Shown: positions 1 through 12,953, numbered from the whole stretch's first letter. The stretch is DNA of 63,992 nt, filler included, from Licmophora abbreviata (GCA_900291995.1; 47 parts of 47 records of this genome joined end to end with filler, not necessarily neighbours in it), one strand, 5' to 3'. Notes: generated by a model not told the origin, from the letters alone. Program-made: numbers and translations.

Positions 1-1320
1 CCGTTCCGAATAATACCGCCCCACTCCTGGTCAGTGCCTGGCAAGAAGCCAGGAACGTCGACGAACGTGACAAGAGGGATGTTGAAAGCATCACAGAAGC
101 GAACGAAGCGTGCGGCCTTGGTCGACGATTCAACGTCGAGACATCCGGCGAGTACGAGAGGATTGTTCCCAATTACGCCAACTGTGTGGCCCTCCATTCG
201 AGCGAAGGCCGTGACAATGTTCTGAGCCATATCGGGCATGAGCTCAAACATGTCACCGTGATCAACGACTTCGCGAATCACATTCTTCATGTCGTAGGGG
301 GTGTTTGGATCATAAGGCACCAATCTTGCGGCAGCGGGGACCTTTCGGTCGCCCGGGTCCGTTGCGTCCTTCACAGGCAATGTGCCCTTATCGTTGGAGC
401 TCGGGAGGAAGTCTAGAAGACGCCTCATGGCGCGAATCGCTGCAACATCATTCGGGAAGCTGTCGTGTGCTACTCCGCTCTTGCTCGTGTGTACGCTCGC
501 TCCTCCCAGCTCTTCCTTTGTCACATCCTCGTTTGTAACAGTCTTGACGACCTCAGGGCCAGTAACGAACATGTACGACGTGTCGTCAACCATGAAGATG
601 AAGTCAGTCATGGCCGGGCTATAAACCGCTCCTCCCGCACAAGGTCCCATCTATATATAGAGCGATTCGAAACGAATAGAGTCGGGAGATCGAGTGAGGA
701 AGGTCTCTCACAATCGACACAGCGCCACTAGCGAGCAGAGGCCAAACTTACAATGACTGAAATCTGAGGAACAACGCCGGACGCATCCACATTAGCCTGA
801 AAGACATCGGCATAACCACCTTAAAAATAAGATAAGTACAGTGAATGAGCGCGCCTTGAGTGCAGATCAAGCCGTGTGAACTGGTCACGACCGGCGAATA
901 TGGCTACGTACCGAGACTGTCCACTCCCTCTTGAATTCGTGCACCACCACTATCGTTCAGACCAATGACAGGAGCTCCTACTCGCATAGCCATGTCCATA
1001 ACCTTGACCATCTTCTGCGCATGAGTTTCCGACAATGATCCACCAAAGACTGTGAAATCTTGTGAGAAGGCATAGGTTACACGACCATTGACAAGGCCGT
1101 GCCCAGTAACGATACCATCTCCTGGAATTTGGTGTTGCTCATCCTGAGCGTCCATACCGAACTCAGTACAACGATGTGACTTTAGCTGGTCCAGCTCTTT
1201 GAAACTTCCTTCGTCAAAGAGAAGCTCAAGTCGCTCTCGCGCAGTCAGAGACCCACGTTTATGCAATTTCGCGATGCGTGCTGTCCCTCCCCCGAGCAAC
1301 GCCCTTTCGCGCTCCCTATC
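1..1320 (-). CDS. PCCB: Propionyl-CoA carboxylase beta subunit (partial, spliced; introns 820-911 and 651-751)
   Basis: Motifs [40 protein letters not shown], and after splicing [39 protein letters not shown] introns restore the frame. Confidence 0.9.
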
Positions 1321-1420
1321 NNNNNNNNNNNNNNNNNNNNNNNNNNNNNNNNNNNNNNNNNNNNTTAATTAATTAANNNNNNNNNNNNNNNNNNNNNNNN
1401 NNNNNNNNNNNNNNNNNNNN
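1321..1420. other. Artificial contig spacer N44-TTAATTAATTAA-N44 (first of 46 identical spacers)
   Basis: The identical 100-nt block recurs every ~1.3-1.4 kb. TTAATTAATTAA gives stops in all six frames. Base composition switches abruptly across spacers. Confidence 0.99.
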
Positions 1421-2740
1421 TCGGAGTTGCAGTTCCATCCTCCCCCTGGCTGCGTAGGCACTGAGCTCGACGTCGGAATGGCCGTGCCACCCTCCCCCTG
1501 GCTGCGTAGGCGCTGAGCTCGACGTAGGGGTTGCGGTTCCGTCCCCCCTGGCTGCGTGGGTGCCGAGCTCGGCGTTGGGGTTGCGGTGCTATTTCCCTCT
1601 ACTGACGGCACAATAATCGTGTGACTCTCCGAAAACCCAAATATTCCGTCGCTCTGCACAAGAACGACATCACCACTGTCCAGTTCCAAGACAATGGCAT
1701 AGCTGCCCAGGCCATAATCGCAGCAGATTCCATCCTCGAACTCGTCTGTAATTGTGAAACTGTATTCTCCAGGACTCAGATCGACGCGCTCTACCGTAAG
1801 TCCTACAGCGTATCCGAGAGATCGGTAGACGCTGACGCCGTTCTGTGAAATACTCCAGGAGCTTTCGAAGGGGTAGTCGTCGAGCGTCATTTCCAGACGA
1901 ACCGTGACAAGGCCGGTCGGTGGCTCTGGACAGTCGCTAGGGGGATTGCTGGAGAGCTCGCAAATCTTCTGCTGAAGCCACGGTTCGTAGTTGCTGACTC
2001 GAGTATTGACTCCGGGAATGCCTGGATCGCCGCAGCCGATTCCAAAGGATACGATTCCGACCAAAACGTACGTGCCGTTGCGCCATTCGAGGACAGGTCC
2101 GCCTGACCAACAGAAAATTTGCAGTAGGTACACATGTAAGTCACACATGTGCTGTGCAAGAACTATTATGGTGCTGAACGGCGCTCGCCATTGACTTACC
2201 TGAATCGCCTTGGCATGACTGATGGAGGTGAGAGAGGAAAGGGAAACCCGAAGGGTGAGGTAATTTGTGAGAAAGGGGGACCAGTCGCACTGTAATTCTT
2301 ACGTACGTCTTTGCCGTCGGCGCCAGCACAAAGCATGGTATCCTCGTCGATATTGATGAAGAAGTCGCCGTAGACATCGCTGCACTGGCTATGCGACACG
2401 ACTGGGATAGTCACTTCGCGAAGCTCCATACTGTCAAAAAAACCTCCAAACGATAGCGTTCCGTGCCCAATAACGACCACATCCTCGCCAACGGTGGGTT
2501 GACTTGGATTGGCATTGATTGCCAGTGTAGGAAGGGTGGATGCTTGGTTAATCTTAAGAACCATGATATCGTGGCTGTCCTGGAAAGGATCATAGGCTGG
2601 ATGGATGCTCCGGCCCGTGATTTGTCGCGTTTCGGTTGGGAGAGTGGAAAGGCGCCGCAGGTTGGTGGTGTTGTACGCATTGATAAACACGTCTGTGTCG
2701 TCGAGGACTCCACAATGGGCAGCGGTTACGACGATGTCCT
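1421..2740 (-). CDS. Trypsin-like (S1) serine protease with a C-terminal DGICC-type domain and Pro/Thr/Gly repeats (partial; introns 2219-2306 and 2103-2199)
   Basis: TAAHC, HDIMVLKI, spliced KD|SCQGDSG|GPV, GIVSFGIGC..PGVNTRVS. Confidence 0.9.
1443..1590. repeat. ~51-bp tandem repeat (3 copies) encoding a PTSSSAPTQPGG-like linker
   Basis: cccctggctgcgt recurs at ~1443, 1495 and 1545. Confidence 0.75.
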
Positions 2741-2888
2741 NNNNNNNNNNNNNNNNNNNNNNNNNNNNNNNNNNNNNNNNNNNNTTAATTAATTAANNNN
2801 NNNNNNNNNNNNNNNNNNNNNNNNNNNNNNNNNNNNNNNNACACGCTTCCTCTGCGCAAGACGCATCTAACGTGGTAACCAATTCGAC

Positions 2889-4159
2889 ATGTCGACCAGG
2901 GCTACCACTCGACGAGGAGGACAAGCCGCCGACGCACCCGCTCCAGCAGTGGATGCGCCAATCCCTGCACCAGTTGCAGCCGGCAACGTCGGACAACCCC
3001 CTGCTCAAGGAGCAGGAGGCGGTGGAGGAGGTGGCGGACCTCCAGGAGGTGGAGGTGGACCCCCGGGAAACCCGGGCCCAGCTCAGCCAGCTGCAGGACC
3101 AGGCCCTGTACCCTTTGCCCTCGTTCCGGCTCAAGCCAACGTCGACGTCCTTGACTATCGATCGAACGAGGCACAAAGGCTCTTCCGATCGGGCACGACG
3201 AACCTCTACAATGAGACGTCCGAGATGTTCGATTGCGAGCCAGACGGTCTAATGGACTTCATTCAACTCGTCGAGGACAGGAGCAACATGCTCGGCCTTC
3301 GAGCCGTATACCAAATCCCCGACAACACCGATCCTCTCAACCCGGTCATCCGTCCGTTCATCCAGAACTACGGAAGCGTCTCTCTGGAGCAAGTGCAGGC
3401 ACATGCCGCAACGTATGTCACGACCCAAGCGAGGGCGGCTCAGGATTCGACGATGCTTTACTATGCATTAATGAATTCGTTATCGGCAACCGGACGAGCC
3501 AAGATCTCTGTCTGCAACGCCGAATTCACGGTGAACGGAATCCCAGCCGGAGTTCCGCTCCTCAAAGTGATCATCCGCGAGTCGGACGTGGACACCCAGG
3601 CAACTGCGGGCCATATCCGTACACAGCTCGCGAGCCTAGACGAGTACATGGGTACCGTCGATTCGGACATCAACAAGTTTAATGTCCACGTTAAGTCTCT
3701 CCTCAGGCAGCTCATGCGTCGCCGCGAAACGTCAAACGACGTCCTCACCAACCTGTTCAAGGGCTACAAGGCAGCCTCGGACAAAGTCTTTGTCGAGTAC
3801 ATTCATCGCAAGGAAGAGGAATACGAGGAAGGGATTACGATGACTCCAGAGTCACTCATGAACCTTGCAGCGAACAAGTTCAAGATCCGCACCCGTCGCG
3901 AACAGTGGAATTCCCCCTCCGAGGAGCAGACACAGATTCTCGCCCTCCAGGCGCAGCTCAAACGCGTCGAACAGAAAGCAAACGCTGGAAAGACCAACAA
4001 GACGAGCAGCAAGAAACCCAGCAGTTCATCAACGGGACAGACAAAGTCAAGCGGAAACAAAGGCGGAAAGTCGAGCACCAAGCCCAAGAAGCCAGAATGG
4101 ATGCTCAAACCGCCAGCCAAAGACGAAGAAGGCAAGCCCAAATTCGTCGACGGAAAGAA
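2889..4159 (+). mobile_element. Ty1/copia (diatom CoDi-like) gag N-terminal region (partial)
   Basis: Long intronless ORF. Motifs YGSVSLEQV, RAAQDSTMLY, LFKGYKAASDKVF, WNSPSEEQ, and a Lys-rich stretch leading toward a zinc knuckle resemble diatom copia gag. Confidence 0.7.
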
Positions 4160-4259
4160 NNNNNNNNNNNNNNNNNNNNNNNNNNNNNNNNNNNNNNNNN
4201 NNNTTAATTAATTAANNNNNNNNNNNNNNNNNNNNNNNNNNNNNNNNNNNNNNNNNNNN

Positions 4260-5572
4260 GGTCGTTCAGGCCGCTCGTCGGCTTCATCATCATACTCGAC
4301 CGTCCCCTGGAGCCGGGGATCGGCCGTCTTCAAAGATCCAAGTTGAATAATGGAAGGATTCCAGGACGCGCGACTGGTCATGTCGATATGGGGGCAGATC
4401 GCTAACTCTCGGTCAGTAGGTACCCGACTGGAGAAACGAATCTTGGTTCCTTCTGCGGCCATGTTGATACGCAGATCTGGGTAGGCTTCAATACAGAGTC
4501 CCCTTTCAACATCAAACGGGTTGTCCCAATAAGGGACACCATACTGTCGGACCTGATTGGGGTTGATCAAGGAATGGTTCAGCTTCTCCCCGTAATATAG
4601 GGACTCATGGAATACCAAGATGTATGTACTGCCAGTACTGGGATCATCGTAGGCAGTGGCTCCAGTAACAATCGGGACAGAAGTCGTGGGCGCAATGGTG
4701 TCATCATATGCATAGACATCGGCAATCCGTTCAGTGGCCTGAAGTACTTTGAAGTTCTTACCAAGAACGCAGGTATCAGCGTTGCTGTCGGTCTCATTGT
4801 ATGCAAAGGTATTGGGAGGTGGATCAGTCCAGGTACGTTCGGCACGAGCCGACCTGACATGACGTATCGTCTTCACTGCATTGATCCTCCGACCTCCTTG
4901 GCCAGAATGCCGTTGGCTAGCTTGTTCATTGCGTCCACCCATCATGGATTGACCACCAGTCATCTGGCTAAACCGTCCCGCATCGGTGCCTGTGTCAACT
5001 TCGGTCGGCGGTCGATCGCCGCCATCAGTTGTACCACCGCCTGACAATCGTGATTGTAATTCACGAATGGTTCGTCGGTCGCTTTCTTTTTCACGGTATG
5101 CAGTACGGTCGCGTCGCAAGCGGTCTTTGTCTTCCTGCTTGAACTTAGCATATAGATGCCCAGGGAACTTGAAGGACGGGTGGTATTCAATCTTCTGACC
5201 ATCCGTGAGCGTTATGATCTCACTGTCGGTCCTGGTACGCTGAACTTTGTGATCCTTTTCTCGACCACCACGTCCGCCACGTCCCCGGCCGCCACGGCCA
5301 CCGCGTCCCCTACCGCCGCGACCACTGTAAGAGTCTAGTCCCCTGACTTGACGTCTTTGAACATTCGCCGAGTTGAGCTGAGGAGGGAATTTCATGTTCA
5401 CTTGGTTCCTGAATGAGGCCAGGGCCCGTTCGTACGTCATTCGCAACGGGATCTCAGTAAGTGCAATCTGTATGCCCGCCTTGGTGTCCTTCAGGAAGTC
5501 AGCGTCAACTTTGCTGATCAAAATACGTAGCTTCATCGCATCCGAATAGACCTGGCGTCCTTCTTTCTTGTC
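4260..5572 (-). mobile_element. Ty1/copia gag-pol fragment (gag end plus aspartic protease)
   Basis: RGG-rich segment, then ETDSNADTCVLG (protease active-site motif) and HSLINPNQVR, typical of diatom copia elements. Confidence 0.8.
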
Positions 5573-5672
5573 NNNNNNNNNNNNNNNNNNNNNNNNNNNN
5601 NNNNNNNNNNNNNNNNTTAATTAATTAANNNNNNNNNNNNNNNNNNNNNNNNNNNNNNNNNNNNNNNNNNNN

Positions 5673-6104
5673 AAGAGCCTTTCGTCAACCGACACCTTCC
5701 GAAGACGCAATCCCGGTCAAGTATGCAGGATTCGCCTTTATTGAAGCGCTCGGCCAAGCACATTTTCCTTATTTTGTGAGATTTGGAAGGAGGTTCGGGT
5801 GAGTATTCGTAGTGTCAAACGTTCCTCAATGTTGACGACTGACGGAGAGTCGGTCGTTGTCTTTCTTACCGCGAGAGCAGTCGGCGTCGATCAAACAGGC
5901 GTCTCCCTTCTTCCCGGTTTCACATTTTTTACTAATCCCACACACACCACAGTCCTTCGGACATTTGGAGCAGCTCTCGCTCGGAAAAGTACATTCCCCA
6001 TTGCCGCAGTCGCTTTTTCCCAAGTCGAGCTCCATATCCCGATATTGATCCGCAACCGATGGAGTGAGCAGCAGCACCAGACGAGCGAGTCTTAAGATTC
6101 GCAT
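5673..6104 (-). CDS. Putative secreted Cys-rich protein (5' part)
   Basis: Signal-peptide-like start MRILRLARLVLLL, then CGNGECTFPSESCSKCPKDCG and a C-x3-DC repeat. Confidence 0.5.
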
Positions 6105-6625
6105 CGTCTCTTTCTCACAGGAAACTACAAACAAGAGTGTATTGTCTAGGTTCAATCACAGTCATACTCGTATCTTTCATCGCGCCATTGCCAACATGAA
6201 ATATATACTAGACTATCAATACAACTGATGGCCGTTTGTCTGAAGAGAAATTCAAATTTCAAATCACGTTCGTTGTTTCTGGTATCATACCAGGCAGTAT
6301 ACATTGCGTTACCAGGTACTACCGGTACCAGGTACAGACTGCGGGCACGTGAGGATGGGCCAGAAAAGCGATTTCCATCGCTATCGCATTCCTAAATGAG
6401 GAGATGTACAATGGTTCGCTTCTTAATCGCATCCGGTTGAATAGCCTAGAGCGCTATGAACTTTCACGACTTGGCTCGACCGATTTCATCGACTATAGAC
6501 TCGAAACGAACGAGCTAGCACTCAGGCCTGATCTAGCGTGACTTACCAACCTAAAACATGAGCTAGGGCTAGGGTTAGGCTATCGCAAAAAACATTCCGG
6601 ACTATTTTTGCCTCATCACAAGCCT

Positions 6626-6981
6626 CTACAGCCTAGGATTCCGTCCCCTTGTGCGCCCCTCTGTTCCATGAACTACAGATTGCTCCTCCTCGGGAGGTCC
6701 CTGTACGTAGCGGTAGCCGCCAATGATGCTGTCCGACTTCATGCCATCCTGTGTGATCACGTCAACCACCACGTCAACAGTTCTACCCGCCGTCCCCGGG
6801 GGAATGATGCACGACAGCGAGTTATCCTTAATAGGTTCATTCGTGAGAGGGCAGTCCTGGCCGCCCACAGTCACCTGGGGCAGCGTTCCTGAGCTTCGGC
6901 TATCAAGATTTCTGCCGTAGACGGAGAGTACACTACCTCCCTGCCACAGCCCTCGTCTCGGAAATATACTCTTGATTCGAA
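6626..6981 (-). CDS. C-terminus of an IPT/TIG-domain protein (partial)
   Basis: SIFPRRG..GGS..SVYG.NL....VTVGGQDC...LSCIIPPG pattern. Confidence 0.6.
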
Positions 6982-7081
6982 NNNNNNNNNNNNNNNNNNN
7001 NNNNNNNNNNNNNNNNNNNNNNNNNTTAATTAATTAANNNNNNNNNNNNNNNNNNNNNNNNNNNNNNNNNNNNNNNNNNNN

Positions 7082-8390
7082 GTCTTTATACATAGCGCGT
7101 GTATGTGCGCTGCTAAGTCGCAGCAAGATGTTGCGCCAGCTGTCGTGGTCGCCGACCAAAGCGGCGATCTTGGTGCAGTATGGTTTCGCGCGAAGCCAGA
7201 GTCCCTGAGATGCTTTGCGCCGTGCCCGACGATCCGCTTCCATATCAAAAATGGTTTGGAGTCCTTTGCTGATTTCTTTGTCAATGGAGAGTGTACGCCA
7301 TCGTATTTGGAATCGGAGTCCAGTCGGGCAACGGAAGTTGTCAGGTCTTTCGAAAAGGTCAGTGCAGGTTGCTCCAGGGAAAGTACCAATAGCTAGGCTC
7401 GCAGCGTTGTCTGCAGCTTGATTGGCTGCCACCATACTCCAGCACGGCGTGATTCGGGAGTATCTGGATCCCTTCACTCCATAGCAATCGATCTGGTGGG
7501 AGTCGATTTTGATTATAGCCCGGTGCATGTGGTCGTCCCAGTATTCAGCCGGCCATGGCGCTTCCGGATCACTGCTTATATGTTGTTTCAATTGGCAGGT
7601 GCTGACAACGAGTGCTGCCCTTCTTGCCATTGGGATATTACACTGTATGGTCGTGTCCCATTTGGTGAGGTTGCGTTCAAGCCTGGCCGAAATCGATTTG
7701 GAGATTCCCGGGAAGGTGCGGCGAATGAGTTTCCTATCTCGTTGTCCCAGGTGGCTATCACGAATGGACATGTAGGCGCCTCTCGCTATTTTGGAGTCGG
7801 AGATCAACAGCGCAGTTGCATCGAGTGGGAGCATCTCTTCCGCGAGGCATAGGGCGAGTGCCTCCCCGTGGTTGTTGTCCGTCAGTTCGAAACCTATCCG
7901 TTCAGGCAACACGGCAATGCGAATGTGAATTGGTGTGACTGTGTTCCCTTGAATAGAGAGGAGGACAGCCGCAGCAGCAGTGGTTGGTTCAAGGTCATCG
8001 CTTGCATCCAGGTGGCCCGAGTCGACAGATACCATCGCACAGCCGTCGACGGCACCGGCGGCCTGAAGGACGGCTAGGTCACGCTGCCAGTCGAGACGGT
8101 GTGCTTCGATAACTCTGTCCGTTGTCTGCTGTTGCCAGTTATCATTGCAATGTGGTCCTGCAATGTCTGTGGGAAGGTCAATTTGGTTTTGTTTCCAATC
8201 AGTACTGAGCCACGGATTTGTGTCGGTTTCGGATCTGGTCCATGCCATGTAAGTGAGGGGTCCCTTCGTGTCGGCAATGAGGTCCTGCATTGCTAGTTCC
8301 GCCGCTCGTGCCAAAGTCGCAGTGTTGACTTTTGGGAGTCTCCGCGTTTTCTCTTTCCAAAATGCTTGCCTGCAGATGTCTCGAATGGGG
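7082..8390 (-). mobile_element. Non-LTR (LINE) ORF2 fragment containing an RNase H domain
   Basis: Open through the contig. RNase H catalytic set in order: AVDG, NNHGEALA, LISDS, KIDSHQ, NQAADNAA. Confidence 0.7.
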
Positions 8391-8490
8391 NNNNNNNNNN
8401 NNNNNNNNNNNNNNNNNNNNNNNNNNNNNNNNNNTTAATTAATTAANNNNNNNNNNNNNNNNNNNNNNNNNNNNNNNNNNNNNNNNNNNN

Positions 8491-9505
8491 GTACTCAATC
8501 ACGTCGCCTGCACGGAGCTTTTCTTTCTTTTCATCTTCGTCCAACGATTCTTGATCGGAGTCATCAGTCATCCCAGCCTGTGCACTGCTACTTGCATTTG
8601 TTTCCATGATGGACTCGTCAAAGAGCACCGTGGGAGCATTGGCCTCCCCGCGTCTTTCCTCCTCTGCCGCTTGCTCCTTGCGCCGTGCCTCCTCCAAGAC
8701 GCGCTGTAGAAAGAATCGCTCTACCAAAATCCCCTTCCTATCCAGCTTGTTTGCAATATGCTTCTCGTATCGGTTCCAATACTCTGGACTCCAAGACGCT
8801 TCGTCGTCTCCTTCATCCGTCGTCGCTGTGTTGGCATCGACAGTCTCCGATCGTCCATGATAGGGGCGTAGCTGCCCCCACTTGACCTTAGAGTATTCCC
8901 CAGCTGCCACTTTGTGATTGTGTGCTAGAAATCTAACAATGGTCTGCTTGGCGGGGTCCAGCGGTTTCCCCTGAATGCTGGACAGATGTTGCGCTTCCGC
9001 GAATGGACGTATTTCGCAAGGCGAGAAGACGGAGCCCTTCTTGTTGGGCTTGAAAGAGTGCCAAAAGAGTTTTGAGGGAGACTTGGAGACAAACGATTGA
9101 TCGGACAGGAAGGTATAAACGATCTTGCGAGCTGCAGTAGCAAGGATATGAGTAGGCGGGGCAGTCAGTGAGGTGCATCGATCGAGCAGGACGATGGGCG
9201 GCAGGGCACAGAAATTGGAAACACCAGCATGAAAATTTCTGTTCTGGTCCTGCCGGAATAAACGTCCACCAGTACACTTGATTCCTCCGTTTCGTACCTT
9301 GTGCTTCTAAAGGTTGGATTTGAGTGGCGCTGGGTGCTTCTGTGGACGAATCGGACTCTTGCGTGACAGCATTGGTACTGCCCACAGCCGGCTTGGGAGC
9401 AGACGCGGCGTTCGCAAAGGGACTCGGTGCCGTCGTTTCTAGATCGTCGTCGTCACTCTCCTCTTGCGTCAGCAACTCGCTGTCGAAAAGGCTCTTTTGC
9501 GACAT
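8491..9505 (-). CDS. Hypothetical eukaryotic protein (5' part, probably spliced or frameshifted)
   Basis: Two consecutive acidic, low-complexity minus-strand ORFs. No family recognised. Confidence 0.45.
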
Positions 9506-9933
9506 GCTAGGGACCAGGGATCAAAGCGAGAGGCAGAAGTACAGTAGATATAGTCTACTGCATTCATGCCACTTTCAACTTGGTGTTTTGTGGTTGATTT
9601 TTTTGTTTTCTTGAGGATGTTCGATGTGTCAACCGCGAGACTTTTGGACGCGCGTCGGTCTTCCCGCAAAAAAAATGTTCGTAGAAGCCTACAAGAAGTC
9701 AGTACTAAAAGAGACATTTGTATGACCAAATAAATAAATCCATGCTCACAATTTGACCTCACTTTATGATGTGTGATAGTCGAAAGAGTCGACAGTNNNN
9801 NNNNNNNNNNNNNNNNNNNNNNNNNNNNNNNNNNNNNNNNTTAATTAATTAANNNNNNNNNNNNNNNNNNNNNNNNNNNNNNNNNNNNNNNNNNNNACAG
9901 GCTTTTCAAATAGTCACAATGTCCACCAAAGCA

Positions 9934-11201
9934 CTACGTATCCACCACAAGCGCATCCAACGCGTCTTCATATTGCTCTGGCATATGATCGGTAATCATA
10001 TCTTGACAGACGAAGACGTTCATATCGGCCACGTCGCTCGGACTGCAACCGAAGGCGTCAAAGGACCCAGCAAAGTTCTTTTTCATCCAAACGACGACCT
10101 TGGCTGGAATTCTCAGTTTGGATGCCACATCTGACGACTCGGCGCTGCGCCGAAGATCTCCAGTCTCGGCGTGTTGGACAGCATCCGAAATGACCCGCGG
10201 GATCGTGTCCCATTCCCAGAAAATCCGGAACCGTCGATAAGCCCACATGTGCTCTGTTTCATTGTCAACAGCGTCCATCAGGATCGCCAATCGACGAATG
10301 CTTACCACTGACAACAGCGGAACACAATCATTATCATGAATATAACAAACCGAATTGTCAATGGCCTTTTGTACTCGAGCGGCTGTCAAAGGATCTTGCA
10401 GAGCCTCGGTAGGGAAGTACGTTGGCGGGGGTGCAAACCCATAACACCGCACTTTTCGGTCGCCCAAGAGCTGCTCCACATGACACTTGACATTCAATAA
10501 GCACGCCGTGCCCGCTCCTAGACTATGCCCACATATCACAAACGAGAAATCCTTTAGCAGCTCGTGCTCGTCCTCAAAGAGCTCCCGAATCTTGTCACCC
10601 GACCCGTTCCATACATTATCTGCCATCTCGGCCATGCCTTTGTGTGATTTACCACAGCAAAAGTCAAAATCCATTGCTTTCATGTCGGTCAAAGCTCCCG
10701 AGATGCTGAGCGTCCCACGCAGTGCCAGCACGACCGATTTCGTCTCTCGGTCAATGGCCACAAAGTGCCGCAACACCTTCATGTCCCCGCCATCATTGAC
10801 ATAGAGAATGACAAGGTCCTCCTCACTGACACCAGCGTGAAATGCGATCGCCTTCTTTTGGTTTTCTAGTTCTTGAGGGCGAGCTTCTCGATCCAGCGCG
10901 CTTCGAATCATCTCGGTGCCATACGCTGAAGAGTAAATATGAGTATGTAGAGTGAGGGATTGCTAAGTGGAAACAGTACGGACTCATCTTCCCTCAAGAT
11001 TGCACAGACTTACCGGCAGTGGCAAAACGCATCATCCTGGAGGACAAAGCACACACACACAAAAAGTCAGCACGAACCTTCATAATGACTACCGAGGCGA
11101 AAAAGTATATTAATCGTCCTCACCTTTGTCCCTCTTGAATAGGCCCCTGTAGTTCCTCCGCAGTACACATTTGAATTCCACTGCACCGATCTACGTAAAG
11201 C
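9934..11201 (-). CDS. Lipase class 3 (diacylglycerol lipase-like), 3' part, spliced upstream
   Basis: VVLALRGTLS, HKGM, GHSLGAG nucleophile elbow, DCVP, DHMP. Confidence 0.9.
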
Positions 11202-11301
11202 NNNNNNNNNNNNNNNNNNNNNNNNNNNNNNNNNNNNNNNNNNNNTTAATTAATTAANNNNNNNNNNNNNNNNNNNNNNNNNNNNNNNNNNNNNNNNNNN
11301 N

Positions 11302-12602
11302 CGGGACAGCTCTTTGGCGAGGAAGGTTCCATTGCCATGGCGCGCATCGACAGCGCCACACTGCGCCAGGCCACCAAGGATCTCGCGGATTTTGGCGTGG
11401 TGGTCTCTGAGCAGGATGCAGCACAAATCGAGCGCACCAATGACGCGCTGTCGCGCCTGGGGCTGATCTGGCGCGGGCTGTCAAACCAGCTGGCGGTGGC
11501 GGCGGCACCCGCGCTGGAGGGTATCGCCGAGGCGTTGGCGGCAGCCGCGCGTGTGACCGGGCCATTGGGCCAGGCGATCAAGGGGCTGATGAGCAATCTG
11601 GATCGCCTTTTGACCTATGCCGGGACATTTGCCGGTCTGATGGCGGGCAGATGGGTTGCGGGTGTGGCGGCAGCGGCTCTGTCGGTCAAAGGGCTGGCGA
11701 CCGCGCTCGTTGTGCTGCGCGGCGCGCTCATTCGCACTGGGATCGGGGCGCTGGTCGTCGGGGCCGGCGAGCTAGTGTATTGGTTTACCAAACTGGTCAG
11801 GGGCGCGGGCAGCTTTAGCGACGCCATGGGCCTGCTCAAGGATCTAGCCTCTGAGGCCTGGTCAAAGGTAGCGCTCTCGGCGCAGGCGGCATGGGCAAGT
11901 GTTGAGAGCGATTGGGCGACAGCACAGGCCGGGATCCTCGACGGCCTGCAGGCGGCCAGTGACGCGTTGGTGGGCTGGGCCAACTCTGTGCTGAATACCT
12001 TCGAGGGCACCTTCCTCGCAGTAGAGGCCATCTGGCAGGCGCTGCCGGCGGTGTTCGACCGGATCGGGGCGCTGGCCATCAACGGTCTTGTCGCGGCCAT
12101 GGAAACTGGGCTCGTGGGGATCACCGCGGCGGTAAACAGCCTGCTCACTCTGGGCGGGCGTCGCCCGGACTGGGCGATCGAGGCGCCGGATCTGTCGGAA
12201 TGGAAAGCCACCGTGCCCGAGGCGGTGGAACTCGGTGAGGCGGCCCGCGCTGCCTATGACGAAGCCTTCACCGACAGTCCGCTGACGGCACCGGATTTGT
12301 TCGGTGGTATGGCAGATGACGCCCGACTGCGGGCCGCGGGCTACGCCGAGGCGGCACGCATGCTGGGCGACGCCGCCGCGCGCCCGCTCACCGCCTGGCA
12401 AGCGCTGCGCAACGAGGTGACCGGCGCGGGCACAGAGGGTGCCGCATCGCTCGAGCAAGCCGCAGCTTCTGCCGACACGGTGACCGAGGCGCTCACCAAA
12501 GCCGGTGGGGCGGCGGGCGCGTTGGCCTCCAAGATCAAGCCCGATGAGCAGCTCAAGGGGTTTGCAGCGGTGAGCGCCAGCCTCAAGAGCTATGCCAAGA
12601 CC
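11302..12602 (+). CDS. Phage tail tape-measure protein (partial), alphaproteobacterial prophage
   Basis: GC-rich, Ala-rich helical ORF with QLFGEEG, IERTNDALSRLGLIWRGLSNQLAVAAAPALE and LRGALIRTGIGALVVGAGELVY. Confidence 0.8.
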
Positions 12603-12702
12603 NNNNNNNNNNNNNNNNNNNNNNNNNNNNNNNNNNNNNNNNNNNNTTAATTAATTAANNNNNNNNNNNNNNNNNNNNNNNNNNNNNNNNNNNNNNNNNN
12701 NN

Positions 12703-12953
12703 GACTTTCGTTCCTGCGCCTCACGTACCAGTTTCTTTTCAATATTCCCACCTTTGTCACACTCGTAGTCACACTCGTAGATCGCGTACCAAGAATTAAG
12801 CATAGATGGACTCCGGCTTGTGCGTCGATACGCGGTACCGGTGGGTTGACGACGGCCAAACGTCGTCGGGCGCGTCAATGAGCGACAGTCCCACAGAACA
12901 TTCACCCAAACCAGCCATCCAAACAATCTCCGACTCATCTGAGGTCTTGCCAT
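12703..12953 (-). CDS. Hypothetical secreted protein, 5' end
   Basis: ATG followed by a hydrophobic leader, open to the contig edge. Confidence 0.35.

Noticed and set aside
1365..1376. Regularly spaced TTAATTAATTAA as a biological repeat or TTAA target site
   Set aside because: Always centred in 88 Ns, so it is an assembly linker. ORF tails ending XXX..LIN/N are artefacts.
2872..2888. Primer-binding site TGGTAACC upstream of gag
   Set aside because: It is not preceded by an LTR-terminal CA and I cannot match it to a tRNA 3' end.
6558..6580. Telomere-like CTAGGG/TTAGG units
   Set aside because: Only about three degenerate units in an internal position; too short to call.
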